A DNA stretch of 64,000 nucleotides from a virus: IMG/VR virus record IMGVR_UViG_3300021963_007890, positions 32,001-96,000 of that record, one strand, 5' to 3'. The notes under the pieces were generated by a model. That model saw only the letters and a list, made by a program, of their open reading frames with translations, did no database searches and was not told the DNA's origin. The position numbers and the translations under genes are program-made. Shown piece after piece: positions 30,700-41,649 of the stretch (positions are counted from its first letter, which is position 1; each line of letters begins with the position of its first letter).

Positions 30700-31389
30700 A
30701 TGAATTATACTCCACCTCCTTTTGTTGATAAATTTCAATATAAAAATTGTAAGCAGATTAACGATCCAATTACTCGTAAGCGTGTATATCTTACACCTGA
30801 CGGCGAACGCTTACCCAGTGTTACTACCATCCTCAGTGCTACCAAAGATATGACAGCATTAAATGAATGGCGTGATAGAATTGGGCACGAAAAGGCTCAA
30901 CAGATTACTACAGAAGCGGCAGGCATAGGAACAGCCATGCACGGTAACCTAGAACGTTTTATCGCAGGTCTACAAAGACAACCGGGTAATAATCCTGTTC
31001 ATGTACAAGCTAATAAAATGGCAGATATTATAATTGAAAACGGACTAAAAGATGTGGATGAAGTTTGGGCTATGGAACAAAGTCTTTATTATCCTGGCTT
31101 ATATTCAGGGACCACCGACCTTGTTGGTGTTTATAAAGGTAATCCTAGTGTAATGGACTATAAACAGACTAATAAGCCCAAAAAAGAAGCCTGGATAGAT
31201 GATTATAAAATTCAGCTAGTTGCCTATATTATGGCACATAACCAAGTCTACGGTACTGATATAAAAGAAGGTCATGTCTTCATGTGCTCTAGAGATCTTC
31301 AATATCAACAGTTTGACCTAAGGCCTGACGAATTTGAACATTGGCAAAATCAATGGTTAGATAAAGTAGAAGAATACTATACCAAGTGA
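30700..31389 (+). CDS. PD-(D/E)XK exonuclease (lambda-exo/Cas4-like phage family)
   Basis: LPSVTTIL, GTAMH, YSGTTDLVG...VMDYKQT, QLVAY motifs. Confidence 0.8.
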   Translation: MNYTPPPFVDKFQYKNCKQINDPITRKRVYLTPDGERLPSVTTILSATKDMTALNEWRDRIGHEKAQQITTEAAGIGTAMHGNLERFIAGLQRQPGNNPVHVQANKMADIIIENGLKDVDEVWAMEQSLYYPGLYSGTTDLVGVYKGNPSVMDYKQTNKPKKEAWIDDYKIQLVAYIMAHNQVYGTDIKEGHVFMCSRDLQYQQFDLRPDEFEHWQNQWLDKVEEYYTK

Positions 31390-31446
31390 ATGCAAGGACT
31401 TAAACAACTTCTAACCTGATAAATATCCTATAAGGGGATATTATCT

Positions 31447-33465
31447 ATGCCAGTTGTTGAAATAGCGAAAATTCAGGTTCGCAGAGGACAAGAAAACCAA
31501 TCTGGGACTCCTGTTTTGGATAGTGGGGAATTTGGATGGGCTTCAGATACTGAAAAACTTTATATCGGGCTCCGTAGGGTAGATGGTGGATCGAGAGACG
31601 CCAATGTAAGAATTCTGACAGAAAATGATCTAAGAAACTTTTTTCAATCATCAGTAATCGCTAATCTTAATACAACTACTTTATATACATTTAAAGTTGG
31701 CACTTTTATTGCAACCAGTAATACTACACATATTCCTCCCACTGGCCCACAGGTTGTTAGAAGTATTCAAGGTAAATTAGATGATATTGTTAGTATCAAA
31801 GATTTTGGGGCTATCGGTGATGGTATAAATGATGACCATATGGCTTTTCAAACTGCCATAGATAATCTCTACCTTTATGATAGATGGAAAAACACTTTAA
31901 GCCTTGCTACAGGCACAGAGAAAACACTATTTTTACCAAAAGGTTCTTATTTAATCAGTCAAACTTTGTATATACCTTCTAAAGTTAGAATTCAAGGTGA
32001 AGGAATAGAAAATACCAAAATAGTGCTGATAAGCACAGGATCTCACTTTTTTCAAACTATTGACGGTAACAGCACAGACAATAATAGAATACATTTCGAT
32101 AATACTGGTAACTTTTCTACAAGTGGTCCTATGGGAAGTCCTGCTCCTGATTTTATCAGCCTCGAAAAACTGTCTTTAGTTCATCAATCTAGTACAGCGA
32201 CAGGGTTGAGTTTTATCAGCATGGATGTTTCAGATTGTTCTATTATTAGAGATGTAAAATTTCAAGGCGCTTACACAGGGACATTTGCAGTAACTACTAA
32301 TACTTATGTAGGAATAGATTTAAGAGGTTACGGTGCTGCTACTACCCAAAATCTAATGATTGAAAATTGTCATTTCGACGGCCTATACGCAGGTATTAAA
32401 AGTAATTATAATGTACAAGATATAACTATAGATTCTTGTAGTTTTGTAGTTTGTGATAGAGGAATTTCATTTTTAGAGTCTATAGCAGGAAATGGACCGA
32501 AAAATGTCAAAATTACCAATAGCTCATTTGACAGAATTAGACGAGAGGCGATCTATGTAGGGGCTAACAGTAACCAAACAAATTGTCATATTTTAAGCCA
32601 AAATAATAGTTTTGTTCAGGTTGGAAATTATTTACCAGCTGGTGGAGAGGAGAACACCAATACAGGAACCAGCATAATCTATTTCACGCAAAAAGGTGGT
32701 ATTAGTCAAAATGATTATTTTGCTAGATATGAATCAATGGCTGCTAATATAGATGCGAATACAGGAACTTTTTTTCCATTAATAGGTGGTCAAGGGATTT
32801 TAGATTTTACTTATCATCAAAGATTGCCGGTTATTGCCCGTGCGACAGCCACAGTGTGGGTAGTTCCTATAACTGGAGATTTTCAAAATATTGATGTAAA
32901 ATACTCCTTGATCGGCGCTACTATTGATAGGATTGGGGATTTTAAAATAAATATATCGTCTGGTTCTAACCCAAATTTTGGTGTAACAGATAACTTTATC
33001 TACGATAATGGCTTATTAGTAGATAATATTCCATTTGATTTAAATTCTAACAGGAAATTTTTAAGAATACCGCTATATAATCTACCTCCTCCGGGTGTGA
33101 ACGCTGCTTTTACTATACAAAATTCTCCATATCCGGCCTGGACAGGTTCTACTGTTACGGGAACCTATACTAACCTAACGCTAGTAAGTCCAGGAGTAGA
33201 TTTTATAGTAGGAGATCAAATAATATTACCTGGTGTAAGTTTTACTACAGGCACTTTTTTAGCTACAACACCTGTTAATAATGTATACGTTACTATTACT
33301 GGTGTCGATGGAGTTGGAGGCATAAACGCTTTTACTTTTATCGGTACAGCCACTAATATAATTAATACAGCTACCTTCTCATTTGCTGGCTTAAGTTCGA
33401 TTAGAGTAGGTGGCCCGGGACAAACTGTTGAGTTTCTAAGCCAAACTAAAATTTTATATTCATGA
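31447..33465 (+). CDS. Virion protein with pectate-lyase-like beta-helix (tailspike-like)
   Basis: N-terminal IQVRRG...LDSGEFGW motif, VSIKDFGAIGDGINDD, LFLPKGSYLIS, and beta-helix repeats (IENCHF, IDSCSF, ITNSSF). Confidence 0.75.
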   Translation: MPVVEIAKIQVRRGQENQSGTPVLDSGEFGWASDTEKLYIGLRRVDGGSRDANVRILTENDLRNFFQSSVIANLNTTTLYTFKVGTFIATSNTTHIPPTGPQVVRSIQGKLDDIVSIKDFGAIGDGINDDHMAFQTAIDNLYLYDRWKNTLSLATGTEKTLFLPKGSYLISQTLYIPSKVRIQGEGIENTKIVLISTGSHFFQTIDGNSTDNNRIHFDNTGNFSTSGPMGSPAPDFISLEKLSLVHQSSTATGLSFISMDVSDCSIIRDVKFQGAYTGTFAVTTNTYVGIDLRGYGAATTQNLMIENCHFDGLYAGIKSNYNVQDITIDSCSFVVCDRGISFLESIAGNGPKNVKITNSSFDRIRREAIYVGANSNQTNCHILSQNNSFVQVGNYLPAGGEENTNTGTSIIYFTQKGGISQNDYFARYESMAANIDANTGTFFPLIGGQGILDFTYHQRLPVIARATATVWVVPITGDFQNIDVKYSLIGATIDRIGDFKINISSGSNPNFGVTDNFIYDNGLLVDNIPFDLNSNRKFLRIPLYNLPPPGVNAAFTIQNSPYPAWTGSTVTGTYTNLTLVSPGVDFIVGDQIILPGVSFTTGTFLATTPVNNVYVTITGVDGVGGINAFTFIGTATNIINTATFSFAGLSSIRVGGPGQTVEFLSQTKILYS

Positions 33466-33899
33466 TTTTTAAGTCCAGTCTAGAAGATAGACTAGAATCT
33501 TGGAAAACTCTTAGGCGAAAGGCCAATAATTCTCAATATCCGCTTCAAGATATTTGGGACTATTGGCATTTGGCACCATTTAGTCCTTTAAACCATAATA
33601 TTAATCCCTATCACAAGGAAAAATGGCCTTGTCCGTGGCAAATTATAGCTGATAATATCTATGATGACTTTACCAAAGCTCTTATGATAGCATATACTAT
33701 TAAATTATTAGAAAGATATAATGATTCGAGTGTCAAACTCAAAATATTACTAGACAAACATAAAAAAATTGAATACAATCTTGTATTCGTAGATGATATC
33801 TCGGTACTAAACTATAGTGATAATGGCCCGATAAATGCTGATAATTTGCCCGATTCATTTATCCTACAAAATACAATAGAAGTTGAATGTCCTAGGTAA
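33462..33899 (+). CDS. Conserved phage hypothetical protein
   Basis: 145 aa (RLESWKTLR...WPCPWQII). Confidence 0.65.
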   Translation: MIFKSSLEDRLESWKTLRRKANNSQYPLQDIWDYWHLAPFSPLNHNINPYHKEKWPCPWQIIADNIYDDFTKALMIAYTIKLLERYNDSSVKLKILLDKHKKIEYNLVFVDDISVLNYSDNGPINADNLPDSFILQNTIEVECPR

Positions 33900-33931
33900 A
33901 TATCTCATCCAAACAAAAGAGGTGAAGTCCT

Positions 33932-36241
33932 ATGATCACAGTGGTCAAAAGGAACGGGGATCGTGTTCCCCTAGACATTAGTAAGATACAGAGACAGGTG
34001 CTAAATTCTTGCAGGGGTATAGATGGAGTAAGCCCAAGCATGATTGAAATAAAAGCACAAATAGAAATACACGACGGGATGAAAACCCAAACTATAGACG
34101 AATTATTGCTCAAAGCAATGGTCGATTTAATAGATGAAACAGAAAACCCTGAAATAAACAACATTAATTATCAATATGTAGCAGGTAGACAAAGAGTTAG
34201 TATGCTTCGTAAAGAAGTCTACGGCCAATATACTCCAGATAAACTCTATGATATTATTAAAAAAAATATAGAATTGGGATTATATACACCAGACTTGCTT
34301 ACCTGGTATTCAGCTGATGAATGGAATACTATAGAATTATTCATAGATCATGATAAAGATTTAAATTATACCTATGCGGCCATTGCCCAGCTTTGTGAAA
34401 AGTATTTGGTACAAAATAGAACAACAGGCAAAATTTATGAAACCCCACAGGTTAGATACGCTGTGGCTGCGGCGACTGCTTTTCATTCTGAACCTCGAGA
34501 TAAAAGATTAAAGTATGTAAAGGACTACTATGAGTGCGCTTCAGATGGCCATTTCACTCTTGCCACCCCTGTGCTTGCTGGGCTTGGCACTACTACTAAA
34601 CAGTTCAGCAGTTGCGTTCTTATCAGCAGTGATGATACCCTTGATAGCATATTCGCTGCTGGTGAAATGATGGCCAAATATGCCAGTAAACGTGCTGGCA
34701 TCGGTTTAGAGATTGGTCGTATTCGTCCATTGGGTTCACCTATTCGTAATGGCGAGATCAAGCACACAGGAATGGTACCTTTCCTTAAGAAGTGGTTCTC
34801 AGACCTGCGTAGTTGTAGTCAAGGGGGAATACGTAACGCAAGTTGCACAGTGACTTTTCCAATTTGGCATTATCAATTTGAAGATCTTATTGTATTAAAA
34901 AATAATCAGGGTACAGAAGAAACTCGTGTGCGCCAAATGGACTATTCAGTTGTAGTAAACTCTTTATTTTGGAATAGGTTTAAAAACAAAGAAAATATAA
35001 CCTTATTTGATCCCCATGAGGTACCTGATCTATACGAAGCCTACTACAGAGATAGCAAAGAATTTGAAAGACTATATCTACGCTATGAGCAAGATAAGAC
35101 AAAAAAGAAAAAAATATTATCCGCGGATGAGATATTCAAAAATGGAATACTTAAGGAGCGAACTGACACTGGCAGAATATACCTGGTCAATATTGACAAT
35201 GTCATCCAACAAGGTCCCTTTGATACAAGCACTGATCCGATTTATCAATCAAATTTATGCCAGGAGATACTTTTACCCACGAAGCCTTTCCAAAGAATTG
35301 AAGATCCTGAAGGACGAATTGCTCTTTGCACTCTTGGATCCATCAACTGGGGTGCCTTTCGCAATCCGCAGGATATGCGAAAAGCCTGTAGAGTATTGGT
35401 TCGATCACTAAGCAACCTACTCAACTATCAAGACTTCCTAAGCATACAGAGTAAGCTGGCTAATGAGGATTTCGAACCATTGGGTGTAGGTATTACCAAT
35501 CTGGCGTATTGGCACGCTAGGCGTGGAATGAAATATGGAGAGACTGATAGTCTTGCCGAAGTTAAGCGTTGGGTAGAACACCAGGCTTTTTATCTCACTG
35601 AGACCAGTGTTGAGCTTGCCGAAGAAAGAGGTTCCTGTAAGCGTAGTCAATATACTTGGTATGGACGTGGAGTGTTTCCTTGGGAAAGGAGAAGTAAAAA
35701 TGTTGACGAACTTACAGATTTCAAGCCCTCGTTAGATTGGGAGATTCTTAGGGCTAAAATGAAAAAGCATGGCATTAGAAATGGTACTTTAATGGCAGTA
35801 GCCCCAGTTGAATCAAGTTCTGTTGTATTGAACAGTACCAATGGCATCGAAATGCCTATGGAACTTATTAGTGTAAAAGAATCTAAGGCAGGCAGTTTTG
35901 TTCAGGTAGTTCCTGAATATAAGCGCCTTAAAAATAGATATGAACTTATGTGGGAACAAAAAGACTGTATAGGATATCTTAAAACAGCAGCAGTGCTAGC
36001 AGCCTATATAGATCAAAGTCTAAGCACTAATACATTTTATAATCCAGGAAACTATCGCGGAGGAAAAATTCCAGGAACATTGATCGCTAGGAACTTAATG
36101 TTAGCCTATAAATGGGGTATCAAAACAGTATATTATAGTTTAATCAACAAGGTAGGAGCTAAGTCAGAAATTACAACAGCCACTCAAATACAAAAAGTGG
36201 TAGTTGAAGATATAGAAAATTGTGAGGCATGCGTTTTATGA
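33932..36241 (+). CDS. nrdA: Ribonucleotide reductase class Ia alpha subunit
   Basis: ATP-cone (ITVVKRNG), TKQFSSCVL, SCSQGGIR, SNLCQEI, APVESSS and C-terminal CEAC. Confidence 0.96.
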   Translation: MITVVKRNGDRVPLDISKIQRQVLNSCRGIDGVSPSMIEIKAQIEIHDGMKTQTIDELLLKAMVDLIDETENPEINNINYQYVAGRQRVSMLRKEVYGQYTPDKLYDIIKKNIELGLYTPDLLTWYSADEWNTIELFIDHDKDLNYTYAAIAQLCEKYLVQNRTTGKIYETPQVRYAVAAATAFHSEPRDKRLKYVKDYYECASDGHFTLATPVLAGLGTTTKQFSSCVLISSDDTLDSIFAAGEMMAKYASKRAGIGLEIGRIRPLGSPIRNGEIKHTGMVPFLKKWFSDLRSCSQGGIRNASCTVTFPIWHYQFEDLIVLKNNQGTEETRVRQMDYSVVVNSLFWNRFKNKENITLFDPHEVPDLYEAYYRDSKEFERLYLRYEQDKTKKKKILSADEIFKNGILKERTDTGRIYLVNIDNVIQQGPFDTSTDPIYQSNLCQEILLPTKPFQRIEDPEGRIALCTLGSINWGAFRNPQDMRKACRVLVRSLSNLLNYQDFLSIQSKLANEDFEPLGVGITNLAYWHARRGMKYGETDSLAEVKRWVEHQAFYLTETSVELAEERGSCKRSQYTWYGRGVFPWERRSKNVDELTDFKPSLDWEILRAKMKKHGIRNGTLMAVAPVESSSVVLNSTNGIEMPMELISVKESKAGSFVQVVPEYKRLKNRYELMWEQKDCIGYLKTAAVLAAYIDQSLSTNTFYNPGNYRGGKIPGTLIARNLMLAYKWGIKTVYYSLINKVGAKSEITTATQIQKVVVEDIENCEACVL

Positions 36242-36468
36242 GTGATGATCTAGAAGCCAAAAGAATAGAAATTACAACTCTATTGGCATACTATGGGCTA
36301 CGTAGCTATGTTGAAATTGAGGATGAAGCAGTACCGATGATTCTTACTACACTTAAGAGTGATGAAGTTATAAGAGTAAGAATTGATGAGGAAGGAGGAC
36401 TGGTTATTGACCTCGATGACACAGTTACATACAAACAGGAAAAACCAAATGAGCCAAGAACAATATAA
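36238..36468 (+). CDS. Small acidic hypothetical protein between nrdA and nrdB
   Basis: ATG overlaps the nrdA stop (ATGA). 76 aa. Confidence 0.5.
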   Translation: MSDDLEAKRIEITTLLAYYGLRSYVEIEDEAVPMILTTLKSDEVIRVRIDEEGGLVIDLDDTVTYKQEKPNEPRTI

Positions 36469-37552
36469 TTTAAAAAAACAGACTAATTATCTTAAACGTA
36501 AAATGTTTTTAGATCCTGAAGGTCCCGTTACCGTACAAAGATTCGAAGAAGTCAAATATCCTAAAATACAAAGATTTGAAGAGCTGGCTCGGGGGTTCTT
36601 CTGGGTGCCGGAAGAGATAAGTTTGACAAAGGATAAAATTGATCACAAGGAAGCTAGTGACGCTGTACGTCATATTTTTACCAGCAATCTTTTAAGACAA
36701 ACTGCGCTTGATAGTATACAGGGTAGAGCCCCATCGCAAATATTCAGTCCTGTGATCAGCATACCCGAATTAGAAGCATTGGTTAGTAATTGGAGTTTTT
36801 TCGAAACAAATATCCACAGTAAGAGTTATAGTCATATTATACGTAATGTCTATGGTGTGCCAAAAGAGGAATTTAATAAGATTCACGACACACAAGAAAT
36901 CGTCAATATGGCATCTACTGTAGGAGAGTACTATGATCGCTTACATAAACTGAATAGCCATAAAGAAACGAAACCTGAGTCAGTAAGTGAAAAGGAACAC
37001 ATTAAATCTATTTGGTTAGCACTAAATGCCAGTTACGCCTTAGAAGCCCTACGATTTATGGTAAGTTTTGCCACAAGTTTAGCCATGGTAGAAAATCGTA
37101 TTTTTATAGGTAATGGCAATATTATAAGTTTAATCCTACAAGACGAGTTGCTTCATGCTGAATGGACTGCTTTTCTTATTAATCAAGTGGTCAAAGAAGA
37201 TCAAAGATTTGCCAATATAGTTGACGAATGTCGTAGTGAAGTATATAACATGTATATGGACGTTATAGAGGAAGAAAAATCTTGGGCAGACTATCTGTTT
37301 AAAAAGGGAGTGGTCATAGGACTCAATGCTCAGATTCTCAAGGATTTTGTAGACTATACAGCCTATTCAAGACTGAAGGATATCGGTATCAAATATCAAG
37401 CCGACCATCCTAAAAATAATCCAATTCCTTGGTTTAACAAACACGTTCATATCAACAAAAAACAAACAGCATTACAAGAAAACGAATCTACAAACTATGT
37501 TATAGGAGTAATGAGTGACATAGTTGAGTACGATGATCTGCCCGCACTATAA
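36449..37552 (+). CDS. nrdB: Ribonucleotide reductase class Ia beta subunit
   Basis: FFWVPEE, QTALDSIQGR, ETNIHSKSY, LEALRFMVSF, QDELLH motifs. ATG at 36449 follows SD AGGA. Confidence 0.95.
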   Translation: MSQEQYNLKKQTNYLKRKMFLDPEGPVTVQRFEEVKYPKIQRFEELARGFFWVPEEISLTKDKIDHKEASDAVRHIFTSNLLRQTALDSIQGRAPSQIFSPVISIPELEALVSNWSFFETNIHSKSYSHIIRNVYGVPKEEFNKIHDTQEIVNMASTVGEYYDRLHKLNSHKETKPESVSEKEHIKSIWLALNASYALEALRFMVSFATSLAMVENRIFIGNGNIISLILQDELLHAEWTAFLINQVVKEDQRFANIVDECRSEVYNMYMDVIEEEKSWADYLFKKGVVIGLNAQILKDFVDYTAYSRLKDIGIKYQADHPKNNPIPWFNKHVHINKKQTALQENESTNYVIGVMSDIVEYDDLPAL

Positions 37553-37563
37553 GGAGAATAATA

Positions 37564-37800
37564 ATGAAGGCAATAATATGGAGCAAATACCACTGTAGTT
37601 ATTGTGATCAGGCGATAACGTTATTGAAACAACGTGGTATTGAATTTGAAGAACGTAAAATAGGTGACGGGTGGTCAAAAGAGGAATTACTAGAAGTAGT
37701 TCCTACAGCTAGAACAGTTCCGCAAATCTTCATCGATGATAAACACATCGGTGGCTACACAGAATTAAGGCAATATCTAGCAGAGGCAGCAAATGGATAA
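37564..37800 (+). CDS. grxC: Glutaredoxin
   Basis: CSYC active site, TVPQIF, IGGY. Confidence 0.9.
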   Translation: MKAIIWSKYHCSYCDQAITLLKQRGIEFEERKIGDGWSKEELLEVVPTARTVPQIFIDDKHIGGYTELRQYLAEAANG

Positions 37801-38278
37801 AGATGAAGAACAGTTCATAATTTCAGCAAGTGATGATATGTCATCTCCAGTTATATCTGCACTAAGCTCTGAACAGATTAAGCCATTGGATCTTTCAGAC
37901 CTAAACTTAGACACTATCACCATAGATACATCTTTGAACAATTATGGGTCTGGTCTAACAGGAGCAGGACAATATGCGGCTGCTGGTAATTATGTCCTTA
38001 GCACTAACGGAACTGGTCCTGGTTGGAGTCCTCTTAGTTGGCCTTCAATCACGAGTAGTGTATCTACGATCGACAACACACTTTCAGTTAAGGGTGATGC
38101 AGAATTTGGAGGTGATGTGAAAATTCAAGGACATAGTATCCTACATCTGTTGAAAAAAATTGAGGATAGATTAGCGGTGCTTCAAGAACCAGATCCGGAA
38201 AAGCTAGAAAAGTTTGCTGCTTTGAAAAAGGCCTACGAACATTACAAGACTTTAGAACGACTTATAGGTGATGAATAA
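37793..38278 (+). CDS. Conserved phage hypothetical protein
   Basis: 161 aa (VKGDAEFGGDVKIQG...LKKAYEHYK). Confidence 0.65.
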   Translation: MDKDEEQFIISASDDMSSPVISALSSEQIKPLDLSDLNLDTITIDTSLNNYGSGLTGAGQYAAAGNYVLSTNGTGPGWSPLSWPSITSSVSTIDNTLSVKGDAEFGGDVKIQGHSILHLLKKIEDRLAVLQEPDPEKLEKFAALKKAYEHYKTLERLIGDE

Positions 38279-38568
38279 TGCTAGTAAACAAAGGTTTTAG
38301 TTCAGGTGATATTGTCAGTATTAAACTGATTAACGGTGATGAGATTCTTGCTAGATTTGAATCAGAAACCAATGAAGATGTAACAATAACAAGACCTTTG
38401 GTATTGACTATGAACCATACGGACGGATTAGGTATGATGCCTTGGATAATTTTAAGTGCCAAAGAATTAATCACCATTGACAAACGTAAGTTTTTTGTTA
38501 TGGTTCCTTGTAAGCCAGATGCTGCTAAACAGTACATGGAAGGCACGACAGGGATAGCTTTAGGATAA
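38278..38568 (+). CDS. Small beta-barrel (Sm-like) hypothetical protein
   Basis: 'IKLINGDEILA...ITRPLVL...GMMPW' pattern. Confidence 0.55.
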   Translation: MLVNKGFSSGDIVSIKLINGDEILARFESETNEDVTITRPLVLTMNHTDGLGMMPWIILSAKELITIDKRKFFVMVPCKPDAAKQYMEGTTGIALG

Positions 38569-38572
38569 TCTT

Positions 38573-39460
38573 ATGCCATATGTAAGGGGTGCAACTGCTC
38601 ACGGAGTTGTTCACGTAGCGGACGTTTATAACAGCGGTAATGTATTTGCCAATGGGACACAGATAGCATTGTGGAACGCTCCTGGTAATTCAGAAAGTTT
38701 TGTATTAGCAGCAATCAATAGTCCTTCTTTCAATACGGAACAAGTGCTCTTCGAAATAGATGGTGAAGAGGATGAAGCTATCGTTGAGGCAAAACAGCAA
38801 GAGCTTGTTAAAAAAGGTGTTATTACCCAATATGAATTAGACAAGGGTAAAGGGGCGGGCGCAAATCCAGCTAATACCAATACTGCTCCCTCGGCTGCTG
38901 GTCCAGGCGACACAACAGGGACAGCAACCTTGGCTTCTGAGGTAGATGAAACTTTACTTTATGACGGTACCGCCACTTCGGGCGTAAAATGGTATGTCAA
39001 GACTGTAACTAAGCAGCCATTTGTAATCTTCCCCTATGATGTTGCTACAGTTGCCCCTCAGAACGGTACAACTGTTCAGGCTGTATGTGATAATTTGAGA
39101 TTACTTGTCAAGAATTGTATAGACCCAATCAAAGCAAAATATAAAGATATGTTTTTAACCTGTACATTTAGAAAAGCAGGTGTAGGTGCTACAACTAGCC
39201 AACATCCAAAAGGTATGGCCTGTGATATACAATATAGCAGTGCATCAAAAGCAGATTATTATACAAGAGCTCTATGGATTAAAGATAATATTCCATTTGA
39301 TCAATTTATTTTAGAATACAAAACAACAGGTACAGGTAACCCGTGGCACCATTTAAGTTTTGCTGCTGCAGGAAATAGACAACAGGTGCTTACATTTATG
39401 AATGACAAAAACTGTAAAGGGCCTGGAGTTACAGGACTGTATGATTTAAGCAACAGTTGA
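38573..39460 (+). CDS. Peptidase M15-family (peptidoglycan peptidase) domain protein
   Basis: FR...SQHPKGMACDI and WHHLSF zinc-ligand motifs in the C-terminal half. Confidence 0.8.
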   Translation: MPYVRGATAHGVVHVADVYNSGNVFANGTQIALWNAPGNSESFVLAAINSPSFNTEQVLFEIDGEEDEAIVEAKQQELVKKGVITQYELDKGKGAGANPANTNTAPSAAGPGDTTGTATLASEVDETLLYDGTATSGVKWYVKTVTKQPFVIFPYDVATVAPQNGTTVQAVCDNLRLLVKNCIDPIKAKYKDMFLTCTFRKAGVGATTSQHPKGMACDIQYSSASKADYYTRALWIKDNIPFDQFILEYKTTGTGNPWHHLSFAAAGNRQQVLTFMNDKNCKGPGVTGLYDLSNS

Positions 39461-39485
39461 CCATTTCATTTATATGTCATATAAT
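39457..39485 (+). promoter_or_regulatory. Sigma70-type promoter TTGACC-N17-TATAAT
   Basis: Near-consensus -35/-10 with 17-nt spacer. Confidence 0.8.
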
Positions 39486-39516
39486 ACGTGAACTAAACAA
39501 CTTATTGGAGAATAAC

Positions 39517-39666
39517 GTGTACAAATATGCCCTTTGGATCAGAATTAATGCTTATCAAACTGCTAACACCTTTATCTTCGCTAATAACGACTATGAAGCC
39601 AAAATGCTTGCTGAAGCCCAATACGGTCAAGGAAATGTACTGAATTATAGTCGTGTAAGCGAATAA
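39517..39666 (+). CDS. Small hypothetical protein (49 aa)
   Basis: GTG start after SD GGAG. The ORF-track TTG start is actually the -35 box. Confidence 0.6.
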   Translation: MYKYALWIRINAYQTANTFIFANNDYEAKMLAEAQYGQGNVLNYSRVSE

Positions 39667-39737
39667 TTCTAGATCACCACCAGTACATATCGGCTGGTGA
39701 ATTTTATTAGCTATTTTTATCGCAGGAATGTTTCAAT

Positions 39738-40130
39738 ATGTCAATGCACCTAGAAGGCCCTTGGTTATCAACTACTGGTAAGCGTAAAGGTAAATTCAAA
39801 TATACTTCTGCCGAAGCCAAACGCCGTCAACAAGAGCTTGAAAATGATTGGAAAAATCTCAAGTCTAAATATCAAATTGAAGCAGATGAACGTAAAAAAC
39901 AACATGGTCTAACTGCTAAAAAATTGGTGTATAACCTAGCACCGCCTCCTGGTCGCTCTACCACAGCCAATATCAAAAGTTTAGACAGTGGATTAGGTAA
40001 TGCTACTAAAAAAGATGCACCAGTGTACACAGGAGATAAAATAGTCGGTATTGGTACTATGCACAAAAGCAACGCTGTTCCAATTTTTTCTGACGCACAG
40101 GCCAAAGAAATTTCTAGTATGCGCAGATAA
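39738..40130 (+). CDS. Conserved phage hypothetical protein (basic)
   Basis: C-terminal YTG...GIGTMHKSNAVPIFS motif seen in large myoviruses. Confidence 0.7.
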   Translation: MSMHLEGPWLSTTGKRKGKFKYTSAEAKRRQQELENDWKNLKSKYQIEADERKKQHGLTAKKLVYNLAPPPGRSTTANIKSLDSGLGNATKKDAPVYTGDKIVGIGTMHKSNAVPIFSDAQAKEISSMRR

Positions 40131-40160
40131 TTACCCCGTTTTGGGCTAATAAATATCTCT

Positions 40161-41231
40161 ATGAGTAAATTCAATGAGATACTATTAGCCTACTTGGCCT
40201 TGTTAAGCGGACTGGCAATTTCTGCTGTCGCAGTTTATTATTCGGTTGTTGGATTAACTGCCATTTTTGCTGCCGCGGCTATCCCCATTATCATTATGGG
40301 TGTGGCTTTGGAAATAGGTAAACTAGTTGCTACAGTTTGGCTAAAGCAAAATTGGTCTATATGTCCTAAATCTGTTAAAATATACTTAATTTCTGCTATC
40401 ATATTATTGATGGTCATTACCAGTATGGGCATATTTGGATTTTTGTCTAAAGCCCATAGTGACCAAAGCCTAGTGGGTGGACAAGTTCTAAGTCAGTTAG
40501 CCATATATGATGAAAAAATTAAAACTACCAAAGAGAGTATTGAAACCAAGCGCCGCGAACTTAAACAAATGGACGATGCAGTGGATCAAGTTATGGCACG
40601 ATCGCAGGACGAAAAAGGTGCGGATAAATCCATTGCTCTACGTAAAAGTCAACAAAGGGATCGCACTCGTATTTCCCAAGAAATTGAAACCGAACAGAAA
40701 AGACTTAGTGAACTTACTAACGAGGCCGCACCAATACGTGCGCAGGTTAGGCAAGTTGAGGCTGAGGTAGGGCCTCTTAAGTACATAGCGGCCTTCTTCT
40801 ATGGTGAAACTGATCAAACAGTTTTAGAAAAGTCAGTTGTTTGGGTTATAATTATTTTGATCGTGGTATTTGATCCGTTGGCTATAATTCTTCTTTTAGC
40901 CAGCCAAATAAGTTTTCAAAATTTAAGAGACATTAAAGATACACCTATAATTGAACAGACTCCTATTGAAACCAAATCAAAAACAGATGAACCCGTCATA
41001 CCGATAAGTACACTGACTAATACGGTTATTTTCGAAAACTCGGAATCAGTTGATCCCTGGACTCAAGAACAAATTGATTTGAAAAGAACAAAATTGAATG
41101 TGAAAGAATATAGAGGTGGCAGTGTTTTAGTTGACTATTATGCTAATATGATCACCACCAAACAATTAAAATTACATCAGGTTCCTGAACAACTGGTAAA
41201 AGAAGTCAAAGCGAGATTAAATGAAAAATAA
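40161..41231 (+). CDS. Membrane protein with long coiled coil
   Basis: Three N-terminal TM helices, a coiled coil and one further TM (IVVFDPLAI). Confidence 0.75.
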   Translation: MSKFNEILLAYLALLSGLAISAVAVYYSVVGLTAIFAAAAIPIIIMGVALEIGKLVATVWLKQNWSICPKSVKIYLISAIILLMVITSMGIFGFLSKAHSDQSLVGGQVLSQLAIYDEKIKTTKESIETKRRELKQMDDAVDQVMARSQDEKGADKSIALRKSQQRDRTRISQEIETEQKRLSELTNEAAPIRAQVRQVEAEVGPLKYIAAFFYGETDQTVLEKSVVWVIIILIVVFDPLAIILLLASQISFQNLRDIKDTPIIEQTPIETKSKTDEPVIPISTLTNTVIFENSESVDPWTQEQIDLKRTKLNVKEYRGGSVLVDYYANMITTKQLKLHQVPEQLVKEVKARLNEK

Positions 41232-41628
41232 AATCACACTAATAACTCCCCCTGACAAATTTGAAAACGCAAACTTTAATCTTACATTGATAAATTTAAA
41301 TCAAAGTCAACAAGAATCTGTTACCAATTGGTTAGAGCAAGTAGAGATAGAAAAAGATATGAATATATACTATTTCGGACCAAACGATGACGCTCAATGG
41401 TTGTTATATGCTGTAAATCAATCACATCTTACCTACTGTAATATAGATAATCAATGCCAAACAATGTCTGTACTACTATCTTGGATTGTTGCCAAGAATA
41501 AAGTTTATTTCAATAGTGAAAACGAAAAGACTTCAACAATATTATCTAATATTACTCATAATAGAGTACCGGATATTAGCTTTTTTTTAGATCATTGCCT
41601 TTTTGATAAATTAAAGTTTTACGAATAA
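41221..41628 (+). CDS. Hypothetical protein
   Basis: 135 aa (ITLITPPD...WLL). Confidence 0.6.
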   Translation: MKNKITLITPPDKFENANFNLTLINLNQSQQESVTNWLEQVEIEKDMNIYYFGPNDDAQWLLYAVNQSHLTYCNIDNQCQTMSVLLSWIVAKNKVYFNSENEKTSTILSNITHNRVPDISFFLDHCLFDKLKFYE

Positions 41629-41649
41629 ATATTTTTTTGATTTGATAAA

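Noticed and set aside
36238-36468. ORF between nrdA and nrdB as a homing endonuclease or intron
   Set aside because: It is too short and has no HNH, GIY-YIG or LAGLIDADG motif. nrdA and nrdB are uninterrupted and of normal length.
39457-39516. N-terminal extension of the 39457 ORF
   Set aside because: Its TTG start is the -35 hexamer of a promoter; the SD-preceded GTG at 39517 is the likelier start.
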